DNA of 7,633 nucleotides from a virus (taxonomy: Duplodnaviria > Heunggongvirae > Uroviricota > Caudoviricetes): IMG/VR virus record IMGVR_UViG_2654587509_000013. The stretch is one strand, 5' to 3'. The notes below the pieces were generated by a model. It worked only from the letters and a program-made list of their open reading frames with translations, was not told the DNA's origin and ran no database searches. Position 1 is the first letter of the stretch. Every line of letters starts with the position of its first letter. Positions 4,773 to 7,633 of this stretch are shown piece by piece. Made by a program: the position numbers and the translations under genes.

Positions 4773-7244
4773 ATGAGTAAAGTCTTTATTTGCGCCGCTA
4801 TTCCTGACGAACTGGCAACAAGGGAAGAAGGCGCTGTGGCTGTAGCCACAGCCATTGAAGCTGGCGACGAACGCCGTGCTCGAGCAAAATTTCACTGGCA
4901 GTTCCTGGAACATTATCCGGCTGCTCAGGACTGCGCTTATAAATTTATTGTCTGCGAGGATAAACCTGGCATACCCCGCCCTGCCCTCGATTCATGGGAT
5001 GCTGAATATATGCAGGAAAACCGCTGGGATGAGGAGTCTGCTTCTTTTGTCCCGGTTGAGACTGAATCCGATCCGATGAACGTCACTTTTGACAAGCTGG
5101 CCCCTGAAGTACAGAACGCTGTCATGGTTAAGTTCGACACATGTGAAAACATCACCGTTGATATGGTTATTAGCGCACAGGAATTGTTGCAGGAAGACAT
5201 GGCAACATTCGACGGACATATCGTTGAAGCGTTGATGAAAATGCCAGAAGTTAACGCCATGTATCCGGAGCTTAAGTTGCACGCCATTGGGTGGGTTAAG
5301 CATAAATGTATTCCTGGTGCTAAATGGCCCGAAATTCAGGCAGAGATGCGCATCTGGAAAAAACGTCGCGAAGGTGAACGCAAGGAAACCGGAAAATACA
5401 CGTCTGTTGTTGATCTCGCCCGCGCCAGAGCCAATCAACAGTACACTGAAAATTCAACAGGAAAAATCAGCCCGGTCATTGCTGCCATTCATCGCGAATA
5501 CAAGCAGACATGGAAAACACTGGATGACGAACTGGCCTACGCTCTCTGGCCTGGTGATGTGGATGCCGGAAACATTGACGGCAGCATCCATCGCTGGGCA
5601 AAAAAAGAAGTTATCGACAACGACCGCGAAGACTGGAAGCGTATCTCGGCATCAATGCGCAAACAGCCTGATGCCCTTCGCTACGACCGCCAGACTATTT
5701 TTGGCCTTGTCCGTGAGCGTCCGATCGACATTCACAAAGATCCCATAGCACTGAACAAATATATCTGCGAATACCTGACGACAAAGGGCGTGTTTGAGAA
5801 TGAAGAAACAGACCTGGGCACTGTTGATGTTCTCCAGTCATCAGAAACACAAACTGATGCAGTGGAAACTGAGGTATCTGATATCCCAAAAAATGAAACC
5901 GCGCCGGAAGCTGAACCATCTGTAGAGCGTGAGGGGCCGTTCTATTTCCTCTTCGCAGATAAGGACGGAGAAAAATACGGTCGCGCAAACAAACTTTCTG
6001 GTCTGGATAAGGCACTGGCTGCTGGCGCCACTGAAATCACAAAAGAAGAATATTTTGCCCGAAAAAATGGCACATACACGGGCTTACCGCAAAATGTAGA
6101 TACCGCTGAAGATTCAGAACAACCAGAGCCGATAAAAGTTACCGCTGACGAAGTAAACAAAATTATGCAGGCAGCCAATATCAGCCAGCCTGACGCCGAT
6201 AAGTTGCTTGCTGCATCACGTGGTGAATTTGTTGAAGGGATTAGTGACCCGAATGATCCGAAATGGGTTAAGGGGATCCAGACCCGCGATTCTGTGAACC
6301 AGAACCAGCATGAATCGGAACGGAACTACCAAAAAGCGGAACAAAACAGCACAAATGCGTTACAAAACGAGCCAGAAACGAAACAGCCTGAACCAGTGGC
6401 GCAACAGGAAGTGGAAAAAGTCTGCACCGCCTGCGGTCAGACCGGCGGCGGCAACTGCCCTGATTGTGGCGCGGTGATGGGCGACGCAACATACCAAGAA
6501 ACATTCGATGAAGAGTATCAGGTTGAAGTTCAGGAAGATGATCCGGAGGAAATGGAAGGCGCTGAACATCCACACAAGGAGAACACTGGCGGCAATCAGC
6601 ATCACAATAGCGATAATGAAACTGGCGAGACGGCAGATCACTCAATTAAGGTGAACGGTCATCACGAAATCACATCCACCAGCAGGACGTGTGACCATCT
6701 AATGATCGACCTTGAAACCATGGGAAAAAATCCTGATGCCCCGATCATCTCAATAGGTGCAATATTTTTCGATCCGCAAACCGGAGATATGGGACCGGAA
6801 TTTAGTAAGACTATCGATCTGGAAACTGCTGGCGGAGTCATTGATCGGGACACCATTAAATGGTGGCTTAAGCAATCACGCGAAGCGCAATCTGCCATTA
6901 TGACCGATGAAATCCCGTTAGATGATGCACTGTTACAATTACGGGAATTTATCGACGAAAACTCCGGTGAATTTTTTGTTCAGGTTTGGGGAAATGGAGC
7001 CAACTTCGACAACACAATTTTGCGCCGTTCATACGAACGGCAGGGGATCCCCTGCCCGTGGCGTTACTACAACGATCGCGATGTACGCACAATCGTTGAG
7101 CTGGGGAAAGCCATAGACTTCGATGCCAGAACGGCTATTCCATTCGAAGGTGAGCGCCATAATGCACTTGATGACGCCCGTTACCAGGCAAAATACGTTT
7201 CAGTTATCTGGCAAAAACTGATCCCGAGTCAGGCTGATTCTTAA
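4773..7244 (+). CDS. Large multidomain exonuclease protein, 823 aa: unknown N-terminal domain, acidic linker, Cys4 zinc ribbon, C-terminal DnaQ-like DEDDh 3'-5' exonuclease
   Basis: Single 824-codon frame. Zinc ribbon CTACGQTGGGNCPDC (C-x2-C-x7-C-x2-C) at 6423-6467. DEDDh motifs: Exo I DLE at 6708-6716, Exo II NFD at 7002-7010, Exo III H-x4-D (HNALDDA) at 7158-7178. Sits at the exo position upstream of the excisionase-like gene. Related prophage genes are often labelled exodeoxyribonuclease VIII-like, but no PD-(D/E)XK motif or partner annealase is visible here. Confidence 0.9.
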   Translation: MSKVFICAAIPDELATREEGAVAVATAIEAGDERRARAKFHWQFLEHYPAAQDCAYKFIVCEDKPGIPRPALDSWDAEYMQENRWDEESASFVPVETESDPMNVTFDKLAPEVQNAVMVKFDTCENITVDMVISAQELLQEDMATFDGHIVEALMKMPEVNAMYPELKLHAIGWVKHKCIPGAKWPEIQAEMRIWKKRREGERKETGKYTSVVDLARARANQQYTENSTGKISPVIAAIHREYKQTWKTLDDELAYALWPGDVDAGNIDGSIHRWAKKEVIDNDREDWKRISASMRKQPDALRYDRQTIFGLVRERPIDIHKDPIALNKYICEYLTTKGVFENEETDLGTVDVLQSSETQTDAVETEVSDIPKNETAPEAEPSVEREGPFYFLFADKDGEKYGRANKLSGLDKALAAGATEITKEEYFARKNGTYTGLPQNVDTAEDSEQPEPIKVTADEVNKIMQAANISQPDADKLLAASRGEFVEGISDPNDPKWVKGIQTRDSVNQNQHESERNYQKAEQNSTNALQNEPETKQPEPVAQQEVEKVCTACGQTGGGNCPDCGAVMGDATYQETFDEEYQVEVQEDDPEEMEGAEHPHKENTGGNQHHNSDNETGETADHSIKVNGHHEITSTSRTCDHLMIDLETMGKNPDAPIISIGAIFFDPQTGDMGPEFSKTIDLETAGGVIDRDTIKWWLKQSREAQSAIMTDEIPLDDALLQLREFIDENSGEFFVQVWGNGANFDNTILRRSYERQGIPCPWRYYNDRDVRTIVELGKAIDFDARTAIPFEGERHNALDDARYQAKYVSVIWQKLIPSQADS

Positions 7245-7255
7245 TGTTCAACTGT

Positions 7256-7287
7256 CGCCGGTTGTGACTGGTATTCTGCAACCGGCG
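7256..7287 (+). other. Stable hairpin between the exonuclease and excisionase-like genes
   Basis: Perfect 9-bp stem CGCCGGTTG (7256-7264) with CAACCGGCG (7279-7287) and a 14-nt loop. No clear U-tract follows, so it may be an attenuator or processing site rather than a terminator. Confidence 0.35.
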
Positions 7288-7316
7288 CTCGTCTGATGTA
7301 AGAGATAAAGAAATCG

Positions 7317-7538
7317 ATGAGCGAAGTAATCATGATTGTCTCTCCCGGCAAATGGGTATCCGAAGAGCAGTTAATTGCGCTGAAAGGAATAAAAAAAGGT
7401 ACGTTAAAAAAGGCCCGGGAAAAATCGTTTATGGAAGGAAGGGAATATAAGCATGTCGCTCATGACGGTATGCCATGGGATAACAGTCCATGCTTTTACA
7501 ACCTGGAAGAAATTGATCGCTGGATTGAGCGCCAGTAA
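7317..7538 (+). CDS. Excisionase-like small DNA-binding protein, 73 aa
   Basis: 73-aa basic protein directly downstream of the recombination-side exonuclease gene, where xis sits in lambdoid prophages. Assignment is by position and general resemblance to prophage excisionase-like proteins; the integrase is presumably beyond the right edge. Confidence 0.7.
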   Translation: MSEVIMIVSPGKWVSEEQLIALKGIKKGTLKKAREKSFMEGREYKHVAHDGMPWDNSPCFYNLEEIDRWIERQ

Positions 7539-7633
7539 GCGTACAGCGAGGGCCGTATTGACGGGGATGTGTTATTCAGCTGGCAGTGCTATGCGCCACG
7601 GAAGCAGTTCGCTGACCCGGTTGACCGGCCAGT

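Noticed and set aside
4855-7116. Internal and antisense ORFs within the 823-aa gene (4855-5079, 4937-5287, 4992-5438, 5287-5748, 5695-6015, 5942-6178, 6268-6645, 6360-6641, 6662-6898, 6922-7116)
   Set aside because: Embedded in a continuous 824-codon frame with clear catalytic motifs; these are alternative-frame artefacts.
4773-7538. Classical RecE/RecT or lambda Exo/Bet recombination pair
   Set aside because: No annealase-sized ORF is adjacent, and the nuclease motifs are DEDDh (DnaQ-like) rather than PD-(D/E)XK.
1-7633. CRISPR arrays, IS elements or transposase genes, rRNA
   Set aside because: No regularly spaced repeat-spacer structure, no terminal inverted repeats bracketing a transposase-like ORF, no rRNA-like conserved segments.

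Overview
This 7.6 kb window reads as the early/immunity region of a mosaic lambdoid prophage, probably from an enterobacterium (inferred from recognisable DicA-like and YdfA-like proteins; nothing was searched). A divergent operator/promoter region at 2425-2501 separates two operons. Leftward (minus strand): Cro-like regulator (2197-2424), a CII-position gene (1692-2213), a replication initiator (746-1711) containing an iteron array at 23-bp spacing, and a 140-aa early protein (283-705). Rightward (plus strand): DicA-like repressor (2502-2909), a second operator/promoter set, a YdfA-like 50-aa gene, and a 121-aa protein. Then come an antisense AT-rich 66-aa gene, a ~500 bp ORF-poor structured spacer, two coupled small genes, an 823-aa protein with a Cys4 zinc ribbon and C-terminal DEDDh exonuclease motifs, and an excisionase-like gene. 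No rRNA, tRNA, CRISPR array or IS element was seen. The best candidates for undescribed biology are the unannotatable cargo between repressor and exonuclease (3266-4700), the structured RNA-like spacer (3878-4133), and the large exonuclease protein itself. All product names rest on motif and synteny recognition from memory, not on database hits.
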